From a virus (taxonomy: Duplodnaviria; Heunggongvirae; Uroviricota; Caudoviricetes), in the IMG/VR virus record IMGVR_UViG_2600254997_000018: a stretch of DNA of 12,534 bases. One strand, written 5' to 3'. Positions within the stretch are counted from its first letter, which is position 1. Every line of letters starts with the position of its first letter. This document shows, piece after piece, positions 4,639-12,534 of the stretch. Below the pieces are notes generated by a model. The model was not told where the DNA came from. It ran no database searches and saw only the letters and a list, made by a program, of their open reading frames with translations. Position numbers and translations under genes: made by a program.

Positions 4639-7110
4639 ATGAGTAAAATCTTTATTTGCGCTGCTATTCCTGACGAACAGGCCATAAAAGAAGATAGCGC
4701 TGTTGCGGTGGCCACTGCCATTGAAGCCGGTGATGAGCGTCGCGCACGCGCAAAATTTCACTGGCAATTTCTGGAGCAATTCCCGGCAGCTCAGGACTGC
4801 GCTTATAAATTTATTGTCTGCGAGGATAAACCCGGCATACCCCGCCCTGCCCTCGATTCCTGGGATACCGAATATATGCAGGAAAACCGCTGGGATGAGG
4901 AGTCAGCTTCCTTTGTACCGGTCGAACCAGAATCCGATCCGATGAACGTCAATTTTGACAAGCTGTCCCCTGAAGTACAGAACGCAGTCCTAGTTAAATT
5001 CGACACATGCGAAAACATCACCGTTGATATGGTGATTAGCGCACAGGAATTACTACAGGAAGACATGGCAACATTCGGCGGACATATCGTTGAAGCGTTG
5101 ATGAAAATGCCAGAAGTTAACGCCATGTATCCTGAACTTAAACTGCATGCCATCGGGTGGGTTAAGCATAAATGTGAGCCTGGCGCTAAATGGCCTGAAA
5201 TTCAGGCAGAGATGCGCATCTGGAAAAAACGTCGCGAAGGTGAACGCAAGGAAACCGGAAAATACACGTCTGTTGTTGATCTCACCCGCGCCAGAGTCAA
5301 CCAACAGAACACTGAAAACGCTGCTGAAAAAACCGGGGCTGTCACTGTTGCCATTCGCCGCGAATACAAACAGACATGGAAAACACTCGACAATGAACTG
5401 GCCTGCGCCCTCTGGCCCGGTGATGTGGATGCAGGAAACATTGACGGTACCATCCATCGCTGGGCGACAAATGAGGTTATCGACAAGGATCGCGAAGACT
5501 GGAAGCGTATCTCAGCATCAATGCGCAAACAGCCCGAAGCACTTGGCTATGACCGTCAGACTATTTTTGGCCTTGTTCGCGAACGTCCGATCGATATTCA
5601 CAAAGATCCCGTTGCACTGAACAAATATATCAGTGAATACCTGACGACAAAGGGCGTGTTTGAACATGAAGAAACAGACCAGAGCTCTACTGATGCTCTC
5701 CAGCCGTCAGCAGCACAAACTGCTCCAGTGGAGACGGCAGAATCCGATACTCAAAAAAATGAAATCCTGGTGGAAGCTGAACCATCTGTAGAGCGTGAAG
5801 GACCATTTTATTTCGTCTTTACCGATAAGGGCGGGGAAAAATACGGCAGGGCAAACAAACTTTCTGGTCTGGACAAGGCGCTGGCTGCCGGCGGTACCGA
5901 AATCTCAAAAGAAGAATATTTTGCCCGAAAAAATGGCACATACACGGGCTTACCGCAAAATGTGGATACCGCTGAAGATTCCGAACAATCAGAGCCGGTA
6001 AAAGTTACCGCTGACGAAGTAAACAAAATTATGCAGGCAGCCAATATCAGCCAGCCTGACGCCGATAAATTGCTTGCTGCATCACGTGGTGAATTTGTTG
6101 AAGGGATTAGCGACCCGAATGATCCGAAATGGGTGAAAGGGATCCAGAGTCGCGACGCTGAGGACCAGAATCAGCCCAACGTGAAACAAAATGAGCCAGA
6201 AGCGGAACAAAACAGCCCGGATACGCAACAAAACGGGCCAGAAGAACAACAACCAGAACCAGCAGTGCAACAGGAACTGGAAAAAGTTTGCACCGCATGC
6301 GGTCAGACCGGTGGCGGCAACTGTCCTGACTGTGGTGCGGTGATGGGGAACGCAACCTACCTGGAAACATTCGATGAAGAGAATCAGGCTGAAGCTCAGA
6401 AAAATGATCCGGAGGAAATGGAAGGCACTGAACATCTGCACAAGGAGAACACTGGCAGCGATCAGTATCACGCCAGCGATAATAAAACTGGCGAAACAGC
6501 AAATCCCTTAATTAAAGTGAACGGTCATCATGAAATCTCATCCACCAGCAGGTTGTGGCACCATCTGATGATTGACCTTGAAACAATGGGAAAAAATCCT
6601 GATGCGCCAATAAACGCTATAGCCGGTAAGTTTTTTGATCCGGCAACCGGAGAGATGGGGCCAGAATTCAGCAAAACTATCGATCTGGAAACCGCAGGTG
6701 GGGTCATCGATCGGGACACCATTAAGTGGTGGCTGAAACAGTCACGCGAAGCACAATCCTCCATTCTGACCGATGAAATCACGTTGGATGATGCACTGCT
6801 GCAATTCCGGGAATTTATCGACGAAAACTCCGGTGAATTTTTTGTTCAGGTCTGGGGTAACGGTGCAACTTTCGACAACGTGATTTTACGCCGTTCATAT
6901 GAACGGCAGGGGATCCCCTGCCCGTGGCGTTACACCAATGATCGCGATGTAAGAACGATGGTTGCTCTGGGACTGGTGATGGATTTCGACGCAAGAACGA
7001 CTATTCCATTCGAAGGTGAACGCCATAACGCCCTGCACGATGCGCGTTACCAGGCAAAATACGTTTCAGCCATCTGGCAAAAACTGCTCCCGAGTCAGGC
7101 TGATTTTTAA
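4639..7110 (+). CDS. Prophage exonuclease, 823 aa: RecE/exodeoxyribonuclease-VIII-like N-terminal region, CxxC-x7-CxxC zinc ribbon, C-terminal DnaQ-like (DEDDh) 3'-5' exonuclease domain
   Basis: Intact 2.47-kb ORF with GAGG Shine-Dalgarno. Motif DKLLAASRGEFVEGISDPNDPKWVKGIQ recalls RecE. C-terminal ~190 aa carry DEDDh motifs (MIDLETMG, WGNGATFDNVIL, HNALHDARYQ). Zinc ribbon encoded at 6289-6333, acidic/Gln-rich linker at ~6160-6280. Confidence 0.85.
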   Translation: MSKIFICAAIPDEQAIKEDSAVAVATAIEAGDERRARAKFHWQFLEQFPAAQDCAYKFIVCEDKPGIPRPALDSWDTEYMQENRWDEESASFVPVEPESDPMNVNFDKLSPEVQNAVLVKFDTCENITVDMVISAQELLQEDMATFGGHIVEALMKMPEVNAMYPELKLHAIGWVKHKCEPGAKWPEIQAEMRIWKKRREGERKETGKYTSVVDLTRARVNQQNTENAAEKTGAVTVAIRREYKQTWKTLDNELACALWPGDVDAGNIDGTIHRWATNEVIDKDREDWKRISASMRKQPEALGYDRQTIFGLVRERPIDIHKDPVALNKYISEYLTTKGVFEHEETDQSSTDALQPSAAQTAPVETAESDTQKNEILVEAEPSVEREGPFYFVFTDKGGEKYGRANKLSGLDKALAAGGTEISKEEYFARKNGTYTGLPQNVDTAEDSEQSEPVKVTADEVNKIMQAANISQPDADKLLAASRGEFVEGISDPNDPKWVKGIQSRDAEDQNQPNVKQNEPEAEQNSPDTQQNGPEEQQPEPAVQQELEKVCTACGQTGGGNCPDCGAVMGNATYLETFDEENQAEAQKNDPEEMEGTEHLHKENTGSDQYHASDNKTGETANPLIKVNGHHEISSTSRLWHHLMIDLETMGKNPDAPINAIAGKFFDPATGEMGPEFSKTIDLETAGGVIDRDTIKWWLKQSREAQSSILTDEITLDDALLQFREFIDENSGEFFVQVWGNGATFDNVILRRSYERQGIPCPWRYTNDRDVRTMVALGLVMDFDARTTIPFEGERHNALHDARYQAKYVSAIWQKLLPSQADF

Positions 7111-7168
7111 TGTTCAACCCGGATCGCCGCTAACGGCATATAGTTAGCGGCGGTTGTGAGATATAGCT

Positions 7169-7372
7169 ATGAGCAGCATATTTTTAACCGAAAATGAATT
7201 GCAAACGTTAACGGGCTGCAAATATGCAAGCCACCAGCGCAACTGGTTAATAAAAAATGGGCTTCCGTTCTATACCAATCGTAGTGGAAAACCGATCGTC
7301 AGTCGGGAACTGTTTACCTGTATAAAAACTTTACCACCACGTGAGGCTGAACCTGATTTCGGTGCGATCTAA
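7169..7372 (+). CDS. Excisionase-like protein (Xis, DUF4224-type)
   Basis: 67-aa ORF directly upstream of the integrase. Its stop TAA overlaps the integrase ATG (TAATG at 7370-7374), the classic xis-int arrangement. Confidence 0.6.
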   Translation: MSSIFLTENELQTLTGCKYASHQRNWLIKNGLPFYTNRSGKPIVSRELFTCIKTLPPREAEPDFGAI

Positions 7373-8397
7373 TGGGAAGACGAAGGAAAAATCCCGAACA
7401 CGAAAAATTACCGCCAAAGGTATACCCCAATAAATATAGTTATGTATGGAAACCGACATCCAGAGAATCTGTAACCTTAACTGCAATCGAGGATGGTTTA
7501 GCCGCATTATGGAAAAAGTATGAAGAAACGGTTAACCATCGCGATCGCGCAATGACATTTGGGCGTTTGTGGGAAAAATTTCTCGCCAGCGCCTATTACA
7601 GCGAGCTTAGTCCTAGAACTCAAAAAGATTATCTGCAACATCAAAAAAAGCTGCTGGCCGTATTCGGTAAGGTGCTGGCCGATTCTGTAAAACCAGAGCA
7701 CATCAGACGATACATGGACAAAAGAGGCGAGCAGAGTAAAACGCAGGCAAACCATGAAAAAAGCAGTATGTCGCGCGTTTATAGTTGGGGGTATGAGCGA
7801 GGATACGTGAAGGCTAACCCATGTGCAGGTGTAAGTAAATTCAAGGCCAAAAACCGCGAACGATATGTAACCGACAAAGAATACCAGGCAGTATTAAGCG
7901 TTGCACCTCTTCCTGTTTTTATCGCAATGGAAATTGCCTATCTGTGTGCAGCGAGGGTTTCCGATGTGTTATCGCTGAAATGGGAGCAGATTGGAAACGA
8001 CGGGATCTTTATCCAGCAAGGGAAAACAGGGAAAAAACAGATAAAAGCATGGAGTCCACGATTACAGGCGGCGATCGAAAAAGCAAAACAGTTACCAACA
8101 TCCGCCTATGTAATCAGCAATCAATACGGCAACCGATATATGTACAAAGGCTTTAACGAAATGTGGGTAGAAGCAAGAAATCACGCAGGCAAAATTTCAG
8201 GTATTTTAACCGACTTCACCTTTCATGATCTGAAGGCGAAAGGAATTTCAGACTATGAAGGAAGCAGCCGGGATAAGCAACTTTTCTCTGGTCACAAAAC
8301 CGAAGGGCAAGTGCTAATCTATGACAGGAAGGTTAAAGTTTCACCAACACTTGATGTCCCGTTACCTGAAAATATTCCAAGAAAATATTCCAAGTAA
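7372..8397 (+). CDS. Phage integrase, tyrosine site-specific recombinase
   Basis: 341-aa ORF whose C-terminal region carries residues consistent with the tyrosine-recombinase catalytic set (R in ARVSD, H/K in HDLKAKG, Y in LIYDRK). It ends 52 bp from the 3' end of tRNA-Ser. Confidence 0.9.
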   Translation: MGRRRKNPEHEKLPPKVYPNKYSYVWKPTSRESVTLTAIEDGLAALWKKYEETVNHRDRAMTFGRLWEKFLASAYYSELSPRTQKDYLQHQKKLLAVFGKVLADSVKPEHIRRYMDKRGEQSKTQANHEKSSMSRVYSWGYERGYVKANPCAGVSKFKAKNRERYVTDKEYQAVLSVAPLPVFIAMEIAYLCAARVSDVLSLKWEQIGNDGIFIQQGKTGKKQIKAWSPRLQAAIEKAKQLPTSAYVISNQYGNRYMYKGFNEMWVEARNHAGKISGILTDFTFHDLKAKGISDYEGSSRDKQLFSGHKTEGQVLIYDRKVKVSPTLDVPLPENIPRKYSK

Positions 8398-8449
8398 TTC
8401 CAAGTGTGATTTTTGTCACTGACTTAATGATGTGTAAGTGATTGAATTT

Positions 8450-8539
8450 TGGCGGAGAGAGGGGGATTTGAACCCCCGGTGGAGTTGCCCCCACTCCGGT
8501 TTTCGAGACCGGTCCGTTCAGCCGCTCCGGCATCTCTCC
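8450..8539 (-). tRNA. serU: tRNA-Ser (anticodon CGA)
   Basis: Reverse complement reads GGAGAGATGCCGGAGCGGCTGAACGGACCGGTCTCGAAAACCGGAG...TCTCTCCGCCA: 7-bp acceptor stem, anticodon loop CU-CGA-AA, long variable arm, encoded CCA. Matches E. coli serU as recalled. Confidence 0.9.
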
Positions 8540-8632
8540 GTTCAGATGGTTGCCATGATGCCAGGAAATTTGGCATTTTAACAGTCCCTGTCCGTGCAAT
8601 TTTGTTCAAGTGACGAGTTTGCGAGCAAAACG

Positions 8633-9430
8633 ATGATTAAGTGGCCCTGGAAAGTACAAGAATCAGCACATCAAACTGCCCTTCCCTGGCAGGAAGCACT
8701 ATCGATCCCCCTTTTAACGTGTCTGACAGAACAGGAACAAAGCAAATTAGTCGCTCTTGCCGAACGTTTTTTACAACAAAAACGGCTTGTTCCTTTACAG
8801 GGCTTTGAGCTGAATTCATTAAGAAGCTGCCGGATAGCACTTCTATTTTGCCTGCCCGTTCTGGAGTTAGGACTGGAATGGCTGGATGGTTTTCATGAAG
8901 TCTTAATTTATCCTGCGCCATTTGTGGTCGATGATGAATGGGAAGACGATGTCGGTCTGGTGCATAACCAACGTATTGTTCAGTCAGGTCAGAGCTGGCA
9001 GCAAGGGCCTATCGTTTTGAACTGGTTGGATATACAAGATTCTTTTGATGCTTCTGGTTTTAACCTGATTATTCATGAAGTCGCTCATAAGCTGGACACC
9101 CGTAACGGCGATCGCGCCAGCGGAGTTCCCTTTATTTCGTTGCGTGAGGTTGCTGGCTGGGAACACGATCTTCATGCTGCAATGAACAACATTCAGGAAG
9201 AAATCGAATTAGTTGGTGAGAATGCGGCGAGCATTGATGCTTATGCTGCCAGTGATCCTGCTGAATGTTTTGCCGTACTTTCTGAATATTTCTTTAGCGC
9301 CCCAGAACTTTTTGCTCCTCGTTTCCCTTCATTGTGGCAACGTTTCTGTCAATTTTATCAACAAGATCCTTTGCAGAGACTGCATCACGCTAATGATACA
9401 GACTCGTTTTCGGCGACGAATGTTCATTAA
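8633..9430 (+). CDS. mtfA: MtfA, Mlc titration factor A (zinc-dependent peptidase, HEXXH motif)
   Basis: 265-aa product from ATG 8633 ([20 protein letters not shown]...) matches E. coli MtfA as recalled, including the HEVAHKLD motif. The track ORF 8594-9430 is an upstream in-frame extension. Sits between serU and asnT as in K-12. Confidence 0.9.
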   Translation: MIKWPWKVQESAHQTALPWQEALSIPLLTCLTEQEQSKLVALAERFLQQKRLVPLQGFELNSLRSCRIALLFCLPVLELGLEWLDGFHEVLIYPAPFVVDDEWEDDVGLVHNQRIVQSGQSWQQGPIVLNWLDIQDSFDASGFNLIIHEVAHKLDTRNGDRASGVPFISLREVAGWEHDLHAAMNNIQEEIELVGENAASIDAYAASDPAECFAVLSEYFFSAPELFAPRFPSLWQRFCQFYQQDPLQRLHHANDTDSFSATNVH

Positions 9431-9483
9431 TTAACAACTTTGCAGATTAATTAACCAATTGAAATGGCTTATGAAATTTAGTG

Positions 9484-9512
9484 TTGACAGACAAGGTACC
9501 GCTAAGTAATAT
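9484..9512 (+). promoter_or_regulatory. Sigma70 promoter for tRNA-Asn (TTGACA-17-TAATAT with GC-rich discriminator)
   Basis: TTGACA at 9484-9489, 17-bp spacer, TAATAT at 9507-9512, followed by GCGCCCC, typical of stringently controlled tRNA promoters. tRNA starts at 9531. Confidence 0.5.
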
Positions 9513-9530
9513 GCGCCCCGTTCTCACGAT

Positions 9531-9606
9531 TCCTCTGTAGTTCAGTCGGTAGAACGGCGGACTGTTAATCCGTATGTCACTGGTTCGAGTCCAGTCAGAG
9601 GAGCCA
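9531..9606 (+). tRNA. asnT: tRNA-Asn (anticodon GUU)
   Basis: TCCTCTGTAGTTCAGTCGGTAGAACGGCGGACTGTTAATCCGTATGTCACTGGTTCGAGTCCAGTCAGAGGAGCCA, 76 nt, matches E. coli tRNA-Asn as recalled. Copy assignment (asnT) is by position next to mtfA. Confidence 0.95.
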
Positions 9607-9694
9607 AATTCTAAAGATTCGCTTTTTTAGCGCAATGTCACTGCTCTTAGTTGAGCATTGCTTTTTAACGGATAGCGGGTTTTTGACATCTTAA

Positions 9695-9726
9695 GCGCCC
9701 TCAATCTTCATGGTTGAGGGCGTTTT
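9695..9726 (+). terminator. Rho-independent terminator-like hairpin downstream of tRNA-Asn
   Basis: 9-bp GC-rich stem CGCCCTCAA / TTGAGGGCG (9696-9704 / 9714-9722), 9-nt loop, then TTTT at 9723-9726. Confidence 0.5.
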
Positions 9727-9892
9727 GCTATGAACGCCATCACCATTTTCCCCTCGATTATAAAACTTGAGTAATTCAGTAGTCTCCCCTCTTGCAACTC
9801 ACACCCAAAACTGCTTAACGAAAAGTTATTAATTTTCAATCATATTGCTATCAGGATCTACTTTTTTTCGCTGTGCTAGAAAGGGCGCATTT

Positions 9893-10838
9893 ATGTTAGC
9901 TCGTTCAGGGAAGGTAACCGTGAAGGTTACTGGCAACTCAAGCACCGCCCATGTTGCTAGCTTTATCGCTGATCCATCGACTATCGCCGCCACCAACAGT
10001 GATTTAAGTACCTTAAAGGCAACGGTTGAGGATGGCAGTGGTAACCTGATCGAAGGTCTCACTGTGTACTTCGCCTTAAAAAGCGGCTCCACCACATTAA
10101 CGTCATTAACAGCAGTGACCGATCAAAACGGAATCGCGACAATAAGCGTGAAAGGAGCGATAACGGGGAGCGTCACTGTAAGCACAGTCACAAGCAAACA
10201 GTAGATATATCGCTAGTGGCAGGCCCAGCAGACGCCTCGCAGTCCATCCTTAAGAACAACCAGTCATCACTGAAAGGGGACTTTACCGATAGTGCTGAGC
10301 TACATCTTGTTCTGCACGATATATCAGGCAATCCGATCAAAGTTTCTTAAGGGATGGAATTTGTGCAATCAGGTACAAACGTGCCCTATATGAAAATTAG
10401 CGCAATTGATTACAGTCAAAATATCAACGGTGATTACAAAGCTACTGTTACAGGAGGCGGAGAGGGTATCGCAACGCTGATCCCCGTATTGAATGGTGTT
10501 CATCAGACGGGCCTGAGTACCACGATAGAATTCATTAGCGCGGAAACCAGACCAATGACCGGTACAGTGTCAGTGAATGGTGCAAACCTACCGACAGCTT
10601 CATTCCCTTCGCAGGGATTTACCGGGGCGTATTATCAGTTGAATAATGACAGCTTTGCACCAGGAAAAACGGCGGCTGATTATTTGTTTCAAGCTCGGCC
10701 TCCTGGGTAGGCGTTGATGCTACTGGTAAAGTGACATTCAAAAATGACGGTGATAGCAATACTGTAATAATCACAGCGCCCCCAAGATCCGGTGGTGCTA
10801 TTTACCAAACAGTTCCGCATGAATCGCGTTCGGTGTGA
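9893..10838 (+). pseudogene. yeeJ: 3' remnant of a yeeJ-like inverse-autotransporter adhesin gene (bacterial Ig-like domains), frameshifted
   Basis: Ig-like-domain-type sequence (VTVKVTGNSSTAHVASFIADPSTIAATN..., ...ISGNPIKVS, EFVQSGTNVPY...) continues across at least three frames (shifts near 10200, 10350, 10700). Only ~1 kb lies between asnT and the next gene, versus ~7 kb for intact yeeJ. Gene name is from K-12 synteny. Confidence 0.45.
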
Positions 10839-10965
10839 CTATGATCATTTTCGGTGAGTATTGCTTTGCTCCAAAGGCTGGTTTTCTGTGATGATTGACC
10901 AGCCTCAGAGTATTGATGACACTACCGTTCATAACAGATCGGCATTACTATGCATAAGTACTGCC

Positions 10966-11196
10966 TCAAATTCTCGCCAAAACACTTTTTAATGCCTTTG
11001 CGAATTCATCCAGACTTATATTGTCAATTTTTTGCCCAACGATGACTGACTCCGAAACATCGGCCATTGCGGGCCATCGCGTTTTGTAATCAGCATAAAT
11101 TGCAACAACAGAGGTATTATAGGCACTTGCCATATGTAATATTGAGGTGTCAGGAGTTATTGCAATATAAGCATCTTTTATGATTGCTGCTGAACG
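10966..11196 (-). pseudogene. C-terminal fragment of a glycosyltransferase family 9 (heptosyltransferase-like, yeeL-like) gene, cut by IS10
   Basis: About 76 codons (ITPDTSILHMASAYNTSVVAIYADYKTRWP...) resemble GT9 C-terminal regions. The track ORF's first 13 codons are IS10 end sequence, so the reading frame enters the IS at 11197. Confidence 0.45.
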
Positions 11197-11209
11197 CTGA
11201 GAGATCCCC

Positions 11210-12419
11210 TCATAATTTCCCCAAAGCGTAACCATGTGTGAATAAATTTTGAGCTAGTAGGGTTGCAGCCACGAGTAAGTCTTCCCTTGTTATTGTGTAG
11301 CCAGAATGCCGCAAAACTTCCATGCCTAAGCGAACTGTTGAGAGTACGTTTCGATTTCTGACTGTGTTAGCCTGGAAGTGCTTAGTCCCAACCTTGTTTC
11401 TGAGCATGAACGCCCGCAAGCCAACATGTTAGTTGAAGCATCAGGGCGATTAGCAGCATGATATCAAAACGCTACTGAGCTGCCCGTTCGGCTATGGCGT
11501 AGGCCTAGCCCGTAGGCAGGACTTTTCAAGTCTCGGAAGGTTTCTTCAATCTGCATTCGCTTCGAATAGATATTAACAAGTTGTTTGGGTGTTCGAATTT
11601 CAACAGGTAAGTTAGTTGCTAGAACCATGGCTCCTTTGCCGACGCTGAGTAGATTTTAGGTGACGGGTGGTGACAATGAGTCCGTGTCGAGCGCTGATTT
11701 TTTCGGCCTTTAGAGCGAGATTTATACAATAGAATTTGGCATGAGATTGGATTGCTTTTAGTCAGCCTCTTATAGCCTAAAGTCTTTGAGTGACTAGATG
11801 ACATATCATGTAAGTTGCTGATAGGTTTCCAGTTTTCCGCTCCTAGGTCTGCATATTGTACTTTTCCTCTTACTCGACTTAACCAGTACCAACCCAGCTT
11901 CTCAACGGATTTATACCATGGCACTTTAAAGCCAGCATCACTGACAATGAGCGGTGTGGTGTTACTCGGTAGAATGCTCGCAAGGTCGGCTAGAAATTGG
12001 TCATGAGCTTTCTTTGAACATTGCTCTGAAAGCGGGAACGCTTTCTCATAAAGAGTAACAGAACGACCGTGTAGTGCGACTGAAGCTCGCAATACCATAA
12101 GTCGTTTTTGCTCACGAATATCAGACCAGTCAACAAGTACAATGGGCATCGTATTGCCCGAACAGATAAAGCTAGCATGCCAACGGTATACAGCGAGTCG
12201 CTCTTTGTGGAGGTGACGATTACCTAACAATCGGTCGATTCGTTTGATGTTATGTTTTGTTCTCGCTTTGGTTGGCAGGTTACGGCCAAGTTCGGTAAGA
12301 GTGAGAGTTTTACAGTCAAGTAATGCGTGGCAAGCCAACGTTAAGCTGTTGAGTCGTTTTAAGTGTAATTCGGGGCAGAATTGGTAAAGAGAGTCGTGTA
12401 AAATATCGAGTTCGCACAT
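11210..12419 (-). pseudogene. IS10 transposase, frame-disrupted (N-terminal 266 aa intact, middle and C-terminal parts in other frames)
   Basis: ORF 11619-12419 matches IS10 Tnp from MCELDILHDSLYQF... but stops at ...AKEPWF*. The expected continuation VLATNLPVEIRTPKQ... is in another frame, and the C-terminal ...HFQANTVRNRNVLSTV...GYALGKL is in ORF 11210-11419. At least three indels within ~200 bp. Confidence 0.8.
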
Positions 12420-12480
12420 CTTGTTGTCTGATTATTGATTTTTCGCGAAACCATTTGATCATATGACAAGATGTGTATCT
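12412..12480 (+). ncRNA. IS10 antisense RNA-OUT (predicted from position in IS10)
   Basis: Established IS10 layout puts pOUT about 115 bp from the outside end, transcribing outward. The window shows the expected stem: CGCACATCTTGTTGTC (12413-12428) pairs with GACAAGATGTG (12465-12475). GATC at 12467-12470. Confidence 0.5.
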
Positions 12481-12534
12481 ACCTTAACTTAATGATTTTT
12501 ATCAAAATCATTAGGGGATTCATCAGGCGTAGCG

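Larger units (their letters stand above)
1..8449. mobile_element. Cryptic Rac/Qin-like lambdoid prophage, right arm; left end lies outside the window, right junction at the tRNA-Ser 3' end
   Basis: Gene order DnaC-like / initiator / YdaT / YdaS (minus) then repressor / DUF1391 / DicF / DicB / exonuclease / xis / int (plus), ending beside tRNA-Ser. The replication gene is frame-disrupted and no annealase, lysis or structural genes are present here, so probably defective. Confidence 0.7.
11197..12526 (-). mobile_element. IS10 (IS4 family) insertion sequence, full length; outside end at 12526, inside end at 11197
   Basis: Inside end CTGAGAGATCCCCTCATAATTTCCCC at 11197. Outside end is the complement of CTGATGAATCCCCTAATGATTTT ending at 12526. 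Transposase ATG lies 108 bp from the outside end, as in IS10. Confidence 0.9.

Noticed and set aside
4703-6782. Seven internal or antisense ORFs within the exonuclease gene (4703-4945, 4803-5153, 5053-5457, 5147-5620, 5202-5528, 5795-6001, 5808-6044, 6082-6471, 6107-6502, 6528-6782)
   Set aside because: All are embedded in the intact 823-aa ORF in other frames or on the opposite strand and lack independent support.
7231-7238. Chi site (CCACCAGC, complement of GCTGGTGG) inside xis
   Set aside because: One Chi octamer in 12.5 kb is about the expected E. coli density; no reason to give it special meaning.
8333-8609. Minus-strand ORFs 8333-8599 and 8424-8609 spanning the tRNA-Ser gene
   Set aside because: They translate straight through a tRNA gene; the tRNA call explains this sequence.
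8637-9434. ORFs 8637-8921 (-), 8984-9175 (-) and 9213-9434 (+) overlapping mtfA
   Set aside because: Antisense or out of frame within the well-supported mtfA CDS.
9829-10095. Minus-strand 88-aa ORF overlapping the yeeJ-like remnant
   Set aside because: Antisense to Ig-like-domain coding sequence with no start context.
11815-12178. ORFs 11815-12006 (+) and 11990-12178 (-) inside IS10
   Set aside because: Overlap the transposase reading frame; canonical IS10 encodes only the transposase and RNA-OUT.

Overview
This window reads as enterobacterial (E. coli/Shigella-type) chromosome, with the right arm of a cryptic Rac/Qin-like lambdoid prophage (~1-8449) integrated at the 3' end of tRNA-Ser(CGA) (serU). 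All calls rest on reading the sequence and ORF track by eye and on recalled family knowledge; no searches or folding were run. The prophage carries, on the minus strand, a DnaC-like helicase loader, a frame-disrupted replication-initiator gene containing an iteron array, and YdaT-like and YdaS-like (Cro-type) genes. On the plus strand it carries a RacR-like repressor, a DUF1391 (YdfA/YdaF-like) gene, a DicF sRNA homolog, dicB-like and YdfD-like small genes, an 823-aa exonuclease, an excisionase and a tyrosine integrase. Two regulatory regions share recurring TTAGGC/GCCTAA operator-like palindromes. Host backbone follows: serU, mtfA, tRNA-Asn (asnT), a frameshifted yeeJ-like adhesin 3' remnant, and a glycosyltransferase-family-9 fragment cut by an IS10 copy whose transposase is frame-disrupted. 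I found no clearly undescribed system. The most check-worthy items are the exonuclease architecture without an annealase partner, the iteron-bearing but broken replication gene, the shared operator motif, and frame disruptions clustered in three loci.
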